Positions 19,944 to 29,076 of a stretch of 64,000 nucleotides of DNA are shown here, in pieces. This stretch comes from Candidatus Iainarchaeum sp. GTDB taxonomy: Archaea > Iainarchaeota > Iainarchaeia > Iainarchaeales > UBA10191. The position numbers were made by a program, and so were the translations under genes. Location of the stretch: the NCBI GenBank assembly GCA_030649735.1, contig JAUSFL010000036.1:96334-160333 (forward strand). The letters run 5' to 3'. The notes under the pieces are model-generated. The model was given only the letters and a program-made list of their open reading frames with translations, was not told where the DNA came from and did no database searches. Position 1 is the first letter of the stretch. The number at the start of each line of letters is the position of its first letter.

Positions 19944-20903
19944 ATGCTTTCAAAAAAATTCTTGAAAACAGTCAAAGACATCAAGTCCTTGAAGATTCAA
20001 GGCGCGTCAAATGTGCGAAAGGCCGCAGTTGAAGCATTGCTTGAAGAAGTCAATGAGTTCAATGACTCCAGCATTTTGCACTTCAAGGCAGACCTTTTCA
20101 AGTCAGTGAAAGAATTGATCAACGCGCGCCCGACAGAGCCAGAGTTAAGGAGCGCTTTAAGGATTGTGCTGCATACTGCGCAGTCAAACTCTCACAGCCT
20201 GTTTGACTTGAAGAAAGAAGTCAAAAATTCCTTGGGCTATTTTGAAAAGCAAAGGAATGAAGGATTGAGAAAAATTGCAACTTACGGGGCAAGGGAAATT
20301 CCCAATGATGCAATTGTCATGACTCACTGCCACTCGCACACTGTAATGGAAATCTTGAAAGAAGCGCACAAACAAGGCAAAATTGAAAGAGTCATTTGCA
20401 CAGAGTCAAGGCCTTTATTCCAGGGAAGAAAGACAGCCGAAGAATTGACAAAAGCAGGCGTCAAAACCACAATGATTGTGGATTCTGCAGTTTCAAGCAT
20501 TGTGAAAGAATGCGGCTTGTTCTTGAGCGGCGCTGATGCAGTATTGAGCGACGGATCTGTGGTGAACAAGATTGGAACCCAGAATGTGTCAATGCTTGCC
20601 GAAAAATTCGGAGTGCCGCACTATGTTGCTTGCGGTACAGCAAAGTTTGATCCAGTCACTTTTTTCGGGTTTCAGGAAATCATCGAACAGCGTGCGCCTG
20701 AAGAAGTTTGGGACAAAAAATTAAAGAATTTTGAAATCAAAAACCCAGCCTTCGACATAACAGCTGCGAAGTATGTAAAGGCATTAATTACAGAAAAAGG
20801 AGTCTTTCCGCCAACAGAATTTGCAGGAATGATGTACAAGGATTTGCAGCTTGAAAAGCACGAAAAAGAATTTCTAAGCCTGATTAGCCTGATGAAAAAA
20901 TAG
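19944..20903 (+). CDS. Ribose-1,5-bisphosphate isomerase (eIF-2B-like family)
   Basis: IKSLKIQGA, ARPTEP, MTHCHS, TESRPLFQG, NKIGT, NPAFDIT; adjacent to AMP phosphorylase. Confidence 0.9.
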   Translation: MLSKKFLKTVKDIKSLKIQGASNVRKAAVEALLEEVNEFNDSSILHFKADLFKSVKELINARPTEPELRSALRIVLHTAQSNSHSLFDLKKEVKNSLGYFEKQRNEGLRKIATYGAREIPNDAIVMTHCHSHTVMEILKEAHKQGKIERVICTESRPLFQGRKTAEELTKAGVKTTMIVDSAVSSIVKECGLFLSGADAVLSDGSVVNKIGTQNVSMLAEKFGVPHYVACGTAKFDPVTFFGFQEIIEQRAPEEVWDKKLKNFEIKNPAFDITAAKYVKALITEKGVFPPTEFAGMMYKDLQLEKHEKEFLSLISLMKK

Positions 20904-20960
20904 GCTTCAATAAGCAAGTTTTTTATTTCCAATTCACTTAATTGTAAAGGTTTTAGAAAA

Positions 20961-22463
20961 ATGAAGTATTCTTTAAAATTGAAAACACAGCATTTTCACT
21001 TGTCTGCCGGAGTGTTTGTTGCAGTAATGCACGAAGACGACGTGCATGATTTGGGAATTCATGCTTTGGACAAGGTTGAAATCATAAATCCCGGAGTGAA
21101 AAGGACTGCAACTGCAATTGTTAACATAACTCACGAGGAAATCAGAAAGGGAAACATTGGATTATTTGAAGAATTAAGGCTGCAATTGCTCATCAAAAAG
21201 CCAACCGTTGTTGAAGTAAGGCCTATTCCGCCATTGGAAAGCATTTCTTTCATCAGGAAAAAAATTCGCGGAGAAAAGCTTTCAGCGCAAGAAATCAAGC
21301 AAATAGTAGATGACATTAATGAAGGAAAGCTTGCAGAACTGGAAATCAGCGCTTTAATGACTGCCGTGCAAATCCGCGGCTTCGACATTGAAGAATCGGC
21401 TTCAATGGCAAGGGCATTGATAAGCAATGGAAAAAAAGTTGAGTTTGCGAAAAAGCCAATCTTGGACAAGCACTGCATTGGAGGAATCAATGGAAGGACA
21501 AGCCTTGTTTTAGTTCCAATTATTGCCGCGGCAGGATACTGCATTCCAAAGACTGCAAGCCGTGCAATAACAAGCTGTGCTGGAACTGCAGACGCAATGG
21601 ACTGCCTTGCAAAAGCAGGATTGGGCCTGAAAGAATTCAAGAAAGTCGTGGAAAAAACCAACGGCTGCATTGCATGGGGCGGCAGTTTAGATTTGGCGCC
21701 AGTTGACGACAAAATAATCAAAATAGAGTATCCTCTAAAGCTAGACCCTAAAGGCCAAGTGACTGCGTCAGTAATGGCAAAAAAGGCAAGCGTTGGAGCG
21801 CAGTTTGTTGTTTTGGACTTGCCTGTCGGGCCAGAAGTCAAAGTCACAAGCGCCGATCAAATAAAAGATTACACTGAAAGGTTTTCACAAGTTGGAAAAA
21901 TGCTCGGCATTAACGTGAAAGTAATTCCAACAGACGGCACAATGCCTTACGGGCCAGCATTCGGGCCAGCGCTTGAAGCAAGGCATGCATTGCAAATCCT
22001 TGAAGGAAAGCGCTTTGACAACCTGGCTGAAAAATCAGTAATGCTTGCCGGAGAATTAATGGCAATGACTGAAAAATCCACTGTCCAGCAATGCACTGCA
22101 AAAGCGAAGGAAATTTTGAAAAGCGGAAAGGCATTGGAAAAAATGCGGGAAATCATTGTCGCGCAAGGCGGAAAGAAAATAACTTCAGAGCAAGTTCAGG
22201 TTGGAAAATTAAAAAGGCAAATCTTTGCAAAGCAGGATGGAAAAATCAAAAAATTGAATGTACAGCTTTTCACTGTAATCGCGCGAGAGACTGGCGCGCC
22301 TTCAGACAAGGGAGCTGGAGTCTTGCTTAATGTAGTGCCAGGCCAGCAAGTGAAGAACGGCGATTTATTATTTGAGATTTTTGCGGAAAACGAAAGAAAG
22401 CTTGTGGAAGCATTAAACCTTGCGGAAAGAATGAATGCAGTGGAATTTGAGCCATTAAAGTAA
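20961..22463 (+). CDS. AMP phosphorylase (thymidine phosphorylase family)
   Basis: N-terminal AMPp extension, DKHCIGG, PKTASRAITSCAGTADAM, GAPSDKGAG. Confidence 0.92.
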   Translation: MKYSLKLKTQHFHLSAGVFVAVMHEDDVHDLGIHALDKVEIINPGVKRTATAIVNITHEEIRKGNIGLFEELRLQLLIKKPTVVEVRPIPPLESISFIRKKIRGEKLSAQEIKQIVDDINEGKLAELEISALMTAVQIRGFDIEESASMARALISNGKKVEFAKKPILDKHCIGGINGRTSLVLVPIIAAAGYCIPKTASRAITSCAGTADAMDCLAKAGLGLKEFKKVVEKTNGCIAWGGSLDLAPVDDKIIKIEYPLKLDPKGQVTASVMAKKASVGAQFVVLDLPVGPEVKVTSADQIKDYTERFSQVGKMLGINVKVIPTDGTMPYGPAFGPALEARHALQILEGKRFDNLAEKSVMLAGELMAMTEKSTVQQCTAKAKEILKSGKALEKMREIIVAQGGKKITSEQVQVGKLKRQIFAKQDGKIKKLNVQLFTVIARETGAPSDKGAGVLLNVVPGQQVKNGDLLFEIFAENERKLVEALNLAERMNAVEFEPLK

Positions 22464-22491
22464 GCAGCCGCAGCATTTACAAGAAAATAAC

Positions 22492-23286
22492 TCAGTTGCT
22501 TCTTTCCCTGAATGATTTGGAAAGTCTGGGAGAAGAGCCAAGCGCAAGAGCCTGCCTTTGCAATTCTGCCTTCAATTCAAGGCTTGCGCTTTCCAAAGCA
22601 ATTAAAAAAAGCGATTTCTGCTCTGGCCTGTTAAAGGTTATTGAATTAATCCTGTCAATCAATTCAAGCGCGCACTCGTTTGCTGGCAATTTTCCGAATT
22701 TGACGAGCAAGTCAAAATCCAATGGAATGACTCCTTTCTTTGCATCAGTGAATGGCTCTATAAGGTCTGGGGCAGGATAATAGCCAGCATTTGCTGTCTT
22801 AGTCAATTCAAAAATTGCTTGCCTTCTTGCGCCCGGATCAGTAATCCTAAAATGGCTTTTTGAGGAAAGCTTTGAGCCTTTTGAAACCGAACCGAACAAT
22901 TGAGAAACCTTCACCCATTTTCCTGCAAAAGGCCCTTTCGCAACCTGAAACATTGAAGACTTTGGAACTCTCACTCCGGCCTTGCGCAATTCAGCAATTA
23001 CCTGCTGGGTTTTAATTGCGGTTTCATCATCCATTGGTTTTTTGAAAACCTTGATTGCAACAGCGTAAGACTTTCCGTTCTTGAACCGCATTCTTCCGGC
23101 ATAAACATCGCCATACTGTGTTTCAGGATGGCCAATCCTGACAAGATGCTTGTCTTTGCCCCTTGAAAATGAAAGCCTTTTCACGTCAATTAGAGTCTTC
23201 CACGACTGTTTTGCTGCAGGCGCTTTCGCTTCTGGCTTTTTTCGGGAAAAAAGTTTTCCAACCCAAGCAGGCTTTTTCCAAGGCAT
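22492..23286 (-). CDS. Divergent protein-kinase-like protein with basic MPWKKP N-terminus
   Basis: IGHPETQYGDVY (Gly-loop-like), VAIKVF, LRKAGVRVP, APDL, IPLDFD (DFG-like). Confidence 0.6.
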   Translation of the reverse strand: MPWKKPAWVGKLFSRKKPEAKAPAAKQSWKTLIDVKRLSFSRGKDKHLVRIGHPETQYGDVYAGRMRFKNGKSYAVAIKVFKKPMDDETAIKTQQVIAELRKAGVRVPKSSMFQVAKGPFAGKWVKVSQLFGSVSKGSKLSSKSHFRITDPGARRQAIFELTKTANAGYYPAPDLIEPFTDAKKGVIPLDFDLLVKFGKLPANECALELIDRINSITFNRPEQKSLFLIALESASLELKAELQRQALALGSSPRLSKSFRERSN

Positions 23287-23380
23287 AAGATAAAATTGGT
23301 TTCGAAGTTTTTAAAACCAAGAGCCCAAAGGCCGCAAAGAGTTTAAAGGTTTAAATAGTAAAAAGGACTTTCTAGAAAGA

Positions 23381-24118
23381 ATGAGGAAATTTTTCATTGC
23401 ATTGCTTTTGCTCTTGATTGCAGGCGCGGCCTCGGCGCAAGAATGCCGCAATGATGTTTCGCAGGCAAATGAATTGATTTTTGAAATAAAAATCGACAGT
23501 CAAGGAAATGCAATCTCTAATGAAATCTTGACAATTCCATTCTCTGAAGAATGCCTTGTTGAAAAAGGCCTGCAAAGGCTGAATGAAAGCAAGGCAGTCT
23601 GCAGCGACATTATGGAGTCATTCGGGGAATTGAACCAGGAATTCATGCTTGCAAGCAATTGCACAATAGGCTTTGACAGCAATGAACTGAAAGTTTATTT
23701 TTCATCAAAAGGCGCAAATGTAGTGAGAGTGCAGGATGGAAAGCTCACCGCAGTCTTTGGCGAAATCAGCATTCGCGGATTGAACCCCCAAGCAGACACT
23801 ACTTTGCGCGTTTCTTTGCCCGAAGGATTTGAGCTATTGGATTACTCCCCAAAAGAGCGCAGCATTGCGACTTCATCACAGGTTTTCTGGATGAAAATCC
23901 CAAAAGAGCCAATTTCAATCCAGTACAATGCGGCAGATAATGGCAGCCAGCAGTCATTGATTGTTTTGGCAATTGCAATAATAATCGCAATTGCGATTCT
24001 CGCGTTTGGGCTGCTTTTCAAGAAACGAAGCGATTTTTTGAAAAAAAAGCACTTGGAAAAAAGCAAAATGCAGCACGGAAAGCTTGAAGAATTAAAGGCG
24101 CCGCGCGCGAAAAAATAG
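23381..24118 (+). CDS. Secreted protein with C-terminal membrane anchor
   Basis: Signal peptide ending ASA-Q; LRVSLPEGFELLDYSP; C-terminal TM plus basic tail. Confidence 0.75.
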   Translation: MRKFFIALLLLLIAGAASAQECRNDVSQANELIFEIKIDSQGNAISNEILTIPFSEECLVEKGLQRLNESKAVCSDIMESFGELNQEFMLASNCTIGFDSNELKVYFSSKGANVVRVQDGKLTAVFGEISIRGLNPQADTTLRVSLPEGFELLDYSPKERSIATSSQVFWMKIPKEPISIQYNAADNGSQQSLIVLAIAIIIAIAILAFGLLFKKRSDFLKKKHLEKSKMQHGKLEELKAPRAKK

Positions 24119-24126
24119 CGCTCGAA

Positions 24127-24168
24127 AAATCACGCCTTGCAAAGCTGGTTGAACACTTTCACAAAATC
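24127..24168. repeat. Direct repeat copy 1: orphan duplicate of the rsmA 3' end (att-like)
   Basis: 38/42 nt identical to 28181-28222; 26-nt perfect core TTGCAAAGCTGGTTGAACACTTTCAC at 24137-24162. Confidence 0.9.
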
Positions 24169-24281
24169 AGCGCATGAAATAGAATCATTTTCAAAGTTTT
24201 TGAAAAGTGGGAGCCTTTGAGATTTTTAAACGCAGGTCGTGAAAGTTAGTTTTTTATAATCATAAACTCTGAGAACATATT

Positions 24282-27200
24282 ATGCGTTCTCAAATTCTCT
24301 TGATTTTAGCGCTCTTGCTTTCATTAAGCTTTGCAAGTGCTCTGCTGCTTGATGAAAAGCCTGGCGCAATAGCTGCCTACAGCCTTCGAAAGCTTTCCTC
24401 AACTTACGCTGGCCCTGCAATTGAAGTGCAAAGAGCATCTGACAATCAAACTCTGGCCATTGGGTTTGATTTTGACGGGCTTTTGGATGCGTCTGCAATT
24501 TTGTCATTCTGCACTTCTAAAAGCAGTGCTGACAGTTTATATGTGAAAACTTGGAATTCTCAAATTTCCGGAGTTCCTGCATTTTCAGAAACCAACATTA
24601 ACAAAATGCCGCTCATTTGCGAAAACGGCCAAGTGACAAAAGACCAAGACGGTTATCTGGCAATAAAATTCATGCGCAGCATGGATGGGCCATTCAGCGC
24701 TACAGGTTTAACACAATACAATGCTAGAAACGTGGACGTTTTCGTGGTTGAGGATGTAATAAATCCGGATAATTCTGGGGGCATTCTTTTTACGCTTGCA
24801 CCAATTGGAACTGAAGCTGATGATTTTCCATTCATGAAGTTTGGTTCTGGGGGAGAATCACTCTCTTATGGGGGCGGATCCAATAGCATGAGATACGCGA
24901 ATACTACAACAGACCGCGCTGTGCTTGGCTTGCAAGTAACTTCGGCAAAATTTTCAGTTTATGTAAACCAGATATTAAAGCACTCAACAAGCAAGGCAAT
25001 GATTGAATTGAATTCATCAAGCATTTCAATAGGCGCGGAAACAAAAAGCCCTTCTGCAAATTCAGGCATTGATGCATACGTCAGCGAGTTTTTGGTTTAC
25101 CCGCAAAGCTCGCTTTCTCCAGAAGCACGTAGGCAAGTCATTGCAAACATTAATGGCTTTTGGAAGGCGGGGCCTTCAAGCTGGAATGAAGGAGCATTAT
25201 TGCCACAGACTTACGAATACCAAGTGGAATTGTACAATTGGCTCAAAACCAACACTGTAAATAACACCAGCATTCCTGCTGGTTTAAAACCGGCTTGGAA
25301 TGGTTATTTTGAGAATGAAAATCAACTGGCTTCATTATGGGTTGACATGATGCAGTCTGGCGACTCCAAAAGAGTCGTAACCACAGGCATGATGTATGAG
25401 CCTGGCTGGTTCACGCTTAATGATGGCACAGGAAAAGGCATTGAAGCAACTGGGCAAGTGAGAGTTCCTGATGAATATACTGCCGGCTATAATTATCATT
25501 TGAGTCGCAGTACTGCCTTTTGGTACCCGTTTCATATTCCATTGGCAGGCGGTGGTGAAGGAAACCCTTACTATCATAATGAGGCAATAGCCAGGAGAGC
25601 GCTTACAATTGCAATCGTCAACATGATGATGGTTGATGGCTTGTTTGATTCAAATGGCAACACTTACACAAGGCATACTTATTACAGTGGCTGGCCACTG
25701 GACATTGCCGACACTTACAGCCTGGCTGGGGATTTTCTTCCTGAAAATGCGCAAAAGGCTTTTGAAAGGGGATTGCTGCGCTTGATAAGGCATCAATCAA
25801 TTGTTGCAACTGGCGGCAGTTTTGCTAACATGGAAAGCAAGGGAATAGCAGGCGGCGCCAAAGCTTGTGTTAGCGCCAAGCATTATAAAAAAGAAATGTG
25901 CGATGCCGCATTGGCTGCAGTAAAGAAAGTATTGTTTGGCTTAAGCAATGGCTCTCCAACTAATTTCAATACCATCGGAGGCTGGTATCCTGAAGGCAGC
26001 ATGCGTGAAGCTGAAGGCCCTGAAACCACTTACAACAATCGCGCTTTGGACCATATTGCTGACGCGCGGGCAGTAACTTACGGCGTGGAAGGAATTGGAG
26101 ACTGGTCATTCCTTGACACAGTGATGGAGAGAAATACTGATTTCATTTCTTACCAAGGATTTACTGAACCCGGGGGAAGCGAAATCACGGACGGCCCTTC
26201 AGGCTATGCAGCACGAACTCCAGGCACTGCAATCAGCGGCGCACAAGGAACAGCGCACATGAAGTATACTTTGGCATCACTTTACCCTCAAGGGCAATTT
26301 TATTTAAGAGAAGTAGCCAGCCGCTTCATAAATAATTCAGAACTTGTTTCAAGCGTGAAAACTTCACTAAATAATGTTTCGGCTTCTTCAGTAATTACAA
26401 CAGTGCCGCCAGTTTTTATGAGAGATGCTGCAGGTAAGGAAGCTGGATGGGCTCCTTGGCCTTCACGCCTGCCTTATCAGCCCCCAAAGGCAAATTGGCT
26501 TTCTTATTTAAGGTCGCTTGTCTTGGAGGACAAAAGCACAACTTATACATTGCCGCACCCAAGCAGGGGAGAAACTTATGTCAAGACTCTTCCAGCAGCT
26601 TCAGAAACTTGGGGTCCGCAATTCCTTGCCGCAAGGCAATGCCCTTCAATCGGCAATTGCTGGGCAGGCTTTGTTGAAGCAACAAGCTGGAATGGCGAAT
26701 GGGGTGGAGCACACAGCGGCAAGCTTGAAACATTCTGGAGCGAACGCGTTGGAATTGTTCTATTGAACAGGCGAACCGAGAGTGGGTTTTTTGACCAGAC
26801 AAAATTAGTGGCTGAAGGAATTTGGGGCAAGGATGACAAAACCACTCCAACGATTTTCAATTTCATGGCTGACAATGGCTGCGTCAATTGCGCCAGCAAA
26901 AGAATTATTGCCTGGGATTCTGGCTCCAAAAGCATTAGCATTCCAAGCAAAATAGTTTCCAGAGGCATGCAGAACAATAATGAAATCACAGGCAGTTATT
27001 CGCATAATAGGACTTTTCAAGTTTTGCCTGATGGCATGCGGGCAACTACTGTCTTGACTTACACTGGCTCTGATCAAATAAAGGAATTATGGTATCAGCT
27101 TCCCTTTTATGTCAAAGGCATTTCCAAAATGTATTATTGGGCTAATGATTCATGGAATCTTGCAAGCCCAAATGTTTTATTCAATGCGAGAAAAATTCGC

Positions 27201-28178
27201 TGGGCAAGAGATTATAATGACAGTCACGGCGAGAGGTTTGCATGGATTGAATTCAACAATAATTACAACATGATTTTAGGAAATGACTTTTCACAAGACG
27301 GTACTTTCAGAGTGCTCAAAATAGACTTGCACGGCAATCCTGGAACAGCACGGGCAATTCCAGCAAGCCAAACTTTTATTTACACTATTTCAGTCACTGA
27401 AAACGGCGTTCCCCCCCAAAGCCCAAATAGCGCTCCACTGGCAGCAAATGATTCTTACACTGTCGAGAAAGATAAAACTTTAACAGTCCAAGCGCCGGGA
27501 GTCCTTGCCAATGACACTGACGCTGATGGTGATGCGCTTACTCCCTGGCTTGTCAGTAATCCAGGACATGCTAAAGGTTTTAGGATGAGGTCTGATGGTA
27601 AGGGGTATTTCTACTACACTCCAGAAACTGGCTTTGTAGGAACAGACTCTTTCACTTACAAGGCCAATGACGGCATTGCCGGTTCAAAATTGACAACAGT
27701 GACCATTACTGTGACAGGCACGCCAACCACAAACCAACCGCCAGTCCTTTCAACCATAGGCCCAAAAACAGTGGTTGATGGAAACAGGCTTTCCTTCAAT
27801 CTTTCAGCAACAGACCCTAACGGTGGCACTCTAATTTATTCTGCACAAGGACTGCCTGCCGGCGCAATCATTACATCAGCTGGCGCTTTCACTTGGATTC
27901 CAAGTTCCAGCGCTGTTGGAATTCACTCAGTGAATTTTATTGTGAGTGATGGCAGTCTCACTGATTCAGAACAAGTCAGCATTACTGTAAATTCATCAAG
28001 CACGCCTAATGAATGCTTTGACTTGACTGGCGACTTGAAGGTTGACTTGTTTGACTTGGTGTTTGTTGCTTTAAGGATTGGCCAGCCTGCAGGAAATCCA
28101 GCAGACGTGATCGGAAATGACGGAGTCAACTTGCAAGACTTGCAGGAAATTGCGAAAAAACAGTTTTCGACTTGCTAG
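24282..28178 (+). CDS. Large secreted modular protein: arabinofuranosidase-B/ConA-like N-domain, helical lyase-like core, Big_9/cadherin-like plus He_PIG Ig domains, C-terminal dockerin-like module
   Basis: Signal peptide; AAYSLRKLSSTYAGPAIEVQRASDN; APLAANDSYT...GVLANDTDADGD; NQPPVLSTIG...ATDPNGG; CFDLTGDLKVDLFDL. Confidence 0.85.
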   Translation: MRSQILLILALLLSLSFASALLLDEKPGAIAAYSLRKLSSTYAGPAIEVQRASDNQTLAIGFDFDGLLDASAILSFCTSKSSADSLYVKTWNSQISGVPAFSETNINKMPLICENGQVTKDQDGYLAIKFMRSMDGPFSATGLTQYNARNVDVFVVEDVINPDNSGGILFTLAPIGTEADDFPFMKFGSGGESLSYGGGSNSMRYANTTTDRAVLGLQVTSAKFSVYVNQILKHSTSKAMIELNSSSISIGAETKSPSANSGIDAYVSEFLVYPQSSLSPEARRQVIANINGFWKAGPSSWNEGALLPQTYEYQVELYNWLKTNTVNNTSIPAGLKPAWNGYFENENQLASLWVDMMQSGDSKRVVTTGMMYEPGWFTLNDGTGKGIEATGQVRVPDEYTAGYNYHLSRSTAFWYPFHIPLAGGGEGNPYYHNEAIARRALTIAIVNMMMVDGLFDSNGNTYTRHTYYSGWPLDIADTYSLAGDFLPENAQKAFERGLLRLIRHQSIVATGGSFANMESKGIAGGAKACVSAKHYKKEMCDAALAAVKKVLFGLSNGSPTNFNTIGGWYPEGSMREAEGPETTYNNRALDHIADARAVTYGVEGIGDWSFLDTVMERNTDFISYQGFTEPGGSEITDGPSGYAARTPGTAISGAQGTAHMKYTLASLYPQGQFYLREVASRFINNSELVSSVKTSLNNVSASSVITTVPPVFMRDAAGKEAGWAPWPSRLPYQPPKANWLSYLRSLVLEDKSTTYTLPHPSRGETYVKTLPAASETWGPQFLAARQCPSIGNCWAGFVEATSWNGEWGGAHSGKLETFWSERVGIVLLNRRTESGFFDQTKLVAEGIWGKDDKTTPTIFNFMADNGCVNCASKRIIAWDSGSKSISIPSKIVSRGMQNNNEITGSYSHNRTFQVLPDGMRATTVLTYTGSDQIKELWYQLPFYVKGISKMYYWANDSWNLASPNVLFNARKIRWARDYNDSHGERFAWIEFNNNYNMILGNDFSQDGTFRVLKIDLHGNPGTARAIPASQTFIYTISVTENGVPPQSPNSAPLAANDSYTVEKDKTLTVQAPGVLANDTDADGDALTPWLVSNPGHAKGFRMRSDGKGYFYYTPETGFVGTDSFTYKANDGIAGSKLTTVTITVTGTPTTNQPPVLSTIGPKTVVDGNRLSFNLSATDPNGGTLIYSAQGLPAGAIITSAGAFTWIPSSSAVGIHSVNFIVSDGSLTDSEQVSITVNSSSTPNECFDLTGDLKVDLFDLVFVALRIGQPAGNPADVIGNDGVNLQDLQEIAKKQFSTC

Positions 28179-28180
28179 AC

Positions 28181-28222
28181 AAATCAGGCATTGCAAAGCT
28201 GGTTGAACACTTTCACGAACTC
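28181..28222. repeat. Direct repeat copy 2 (functional rsmA 3' end)
   Basis: Perfect core at 28191-28216 matches 24137-24162. Confidence 0.9.
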
Positions 28223-29011
28223 TTCAACTTCAATCAAGTAGACTTTTACTCCTGCAAGCTCTGAGCTTTCCAAAAAATCTTCAAGCGCTTTGTTTGGAGT
28301 GCGCAGTTTTGCCTTGACCCAGTCTTCAGTGTAATTCAGCGCATTGCCCAGGTTTTTGTTCTTGTAACGGAACAATTGCTCGACAAACTGCTCGAACAGC
28401 AAATCATTTTCCGCAATTCCGTGCTTTTTGCTCTTTTCAAGCCCAATTATTTGCGATGTTGTTTTAGGCTGCGGGAAAAAAGCGTCTGAAGGCACTTCGC
28501 CAATAATGGTTGTTTCAAAAAAATACTGCGTCAAGACTGCTGTCGCGCAATAGTCCCTGAACCCAGGCAAGGAAGTGATTTTTTCAACAAAGGCCTTTTC
28601 AAAAAGCAATACTCCGGATTCAAAATCAAGCTTGAACAAGGAATGCATTATGTCAGAAGAAATATTGTAGGGCGGAGAGCTCACTATTTTTGAAAATTCT
28701 GGAAGCTCTGCCTTCAAAAAGTCCTGCTTGAAAAGCCGAAAGTTTTTTGCTGCAATTTCTGCTTCAAGGACTTTTTGCAATATCTCATCAGTTTCAAAGC
28801 CGACAACGCTGCAATGTTTTAAAATTTCCCTTGTGAGAAAGCCAGTGCCGCAGCCGATTTCCAAAACAATGTCCTTGTCTTTCAATTCCGCGGCCAAAAC
28901 AATTCTTTCAATGAATTGCCTTGAGACTAGAAAGTTTTGCGAAAGCTTCTTGCTTGGCTTGAACCTGTATTTTTGCATTAAAAGCTGCAATTCCTCAAAC
29001 AAGTCCTTCAT
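28184..29011 (-). CDS. rsmA: 16S rRNA adenine dimethyltransferase KsgA/RsmA
   Basis: KKLSQNFL, VLEIGCGTGFLT, SSPPYNIS, AFFPQPK. Confidence 0.93.
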   Translation of the reverse strand: MKDLFEELQLLMQKYRFKPSKKLSQNFLVSRQFIERIVLAAELKDKDIVLEIGCGTGFLTREILKHCSVVGFETDEILQKVLEAEIAAKNFRLFKQDFLKAELPEFSKIVSSPPYNISSDIMHSLFKLDFESGVLLFEKAFVEKITSLPGFRDYCATAVLTQYFFETTIIGEVPSDAFFPQPKTTSQIIGLEKSKKHGIAENDLLFEQFVEQLFRYKNKNLGNALNYTEDWVKAKLRTPNKALEDFLESSELAGVKVYLIEVEEFVKVFNQLCNA

Positions 29012-29076
29012 TAAAAAACCGTTATTTAATTAGGCAAGGGCAGTTTTTAAAAAAGCCTGTTGCGTTAAAGAATACC

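Larger units (their letters stand above)
24127..28222. mobile_element. Putative integrated islet (~4.1 kb) at the rsmA 3' end, carrying one large gene and no integrase
   Basis: Bounded by 42-bp direct repeats that correspond to the rsmA 3' end. Confidence 0.65.

Noticed and set aside
19944-20903. Translation factor eIF-2B annotation
   Set aside because: The THCHS catalytic Cys motif and adjacency to AMP phosphorylase favour R15P isomerase
14060-21847. Long antisense ORFs (14060-14692, 18661-19455, 21131-21847)
   Set aside because: Shadow frames opposite well-supported conserved genes
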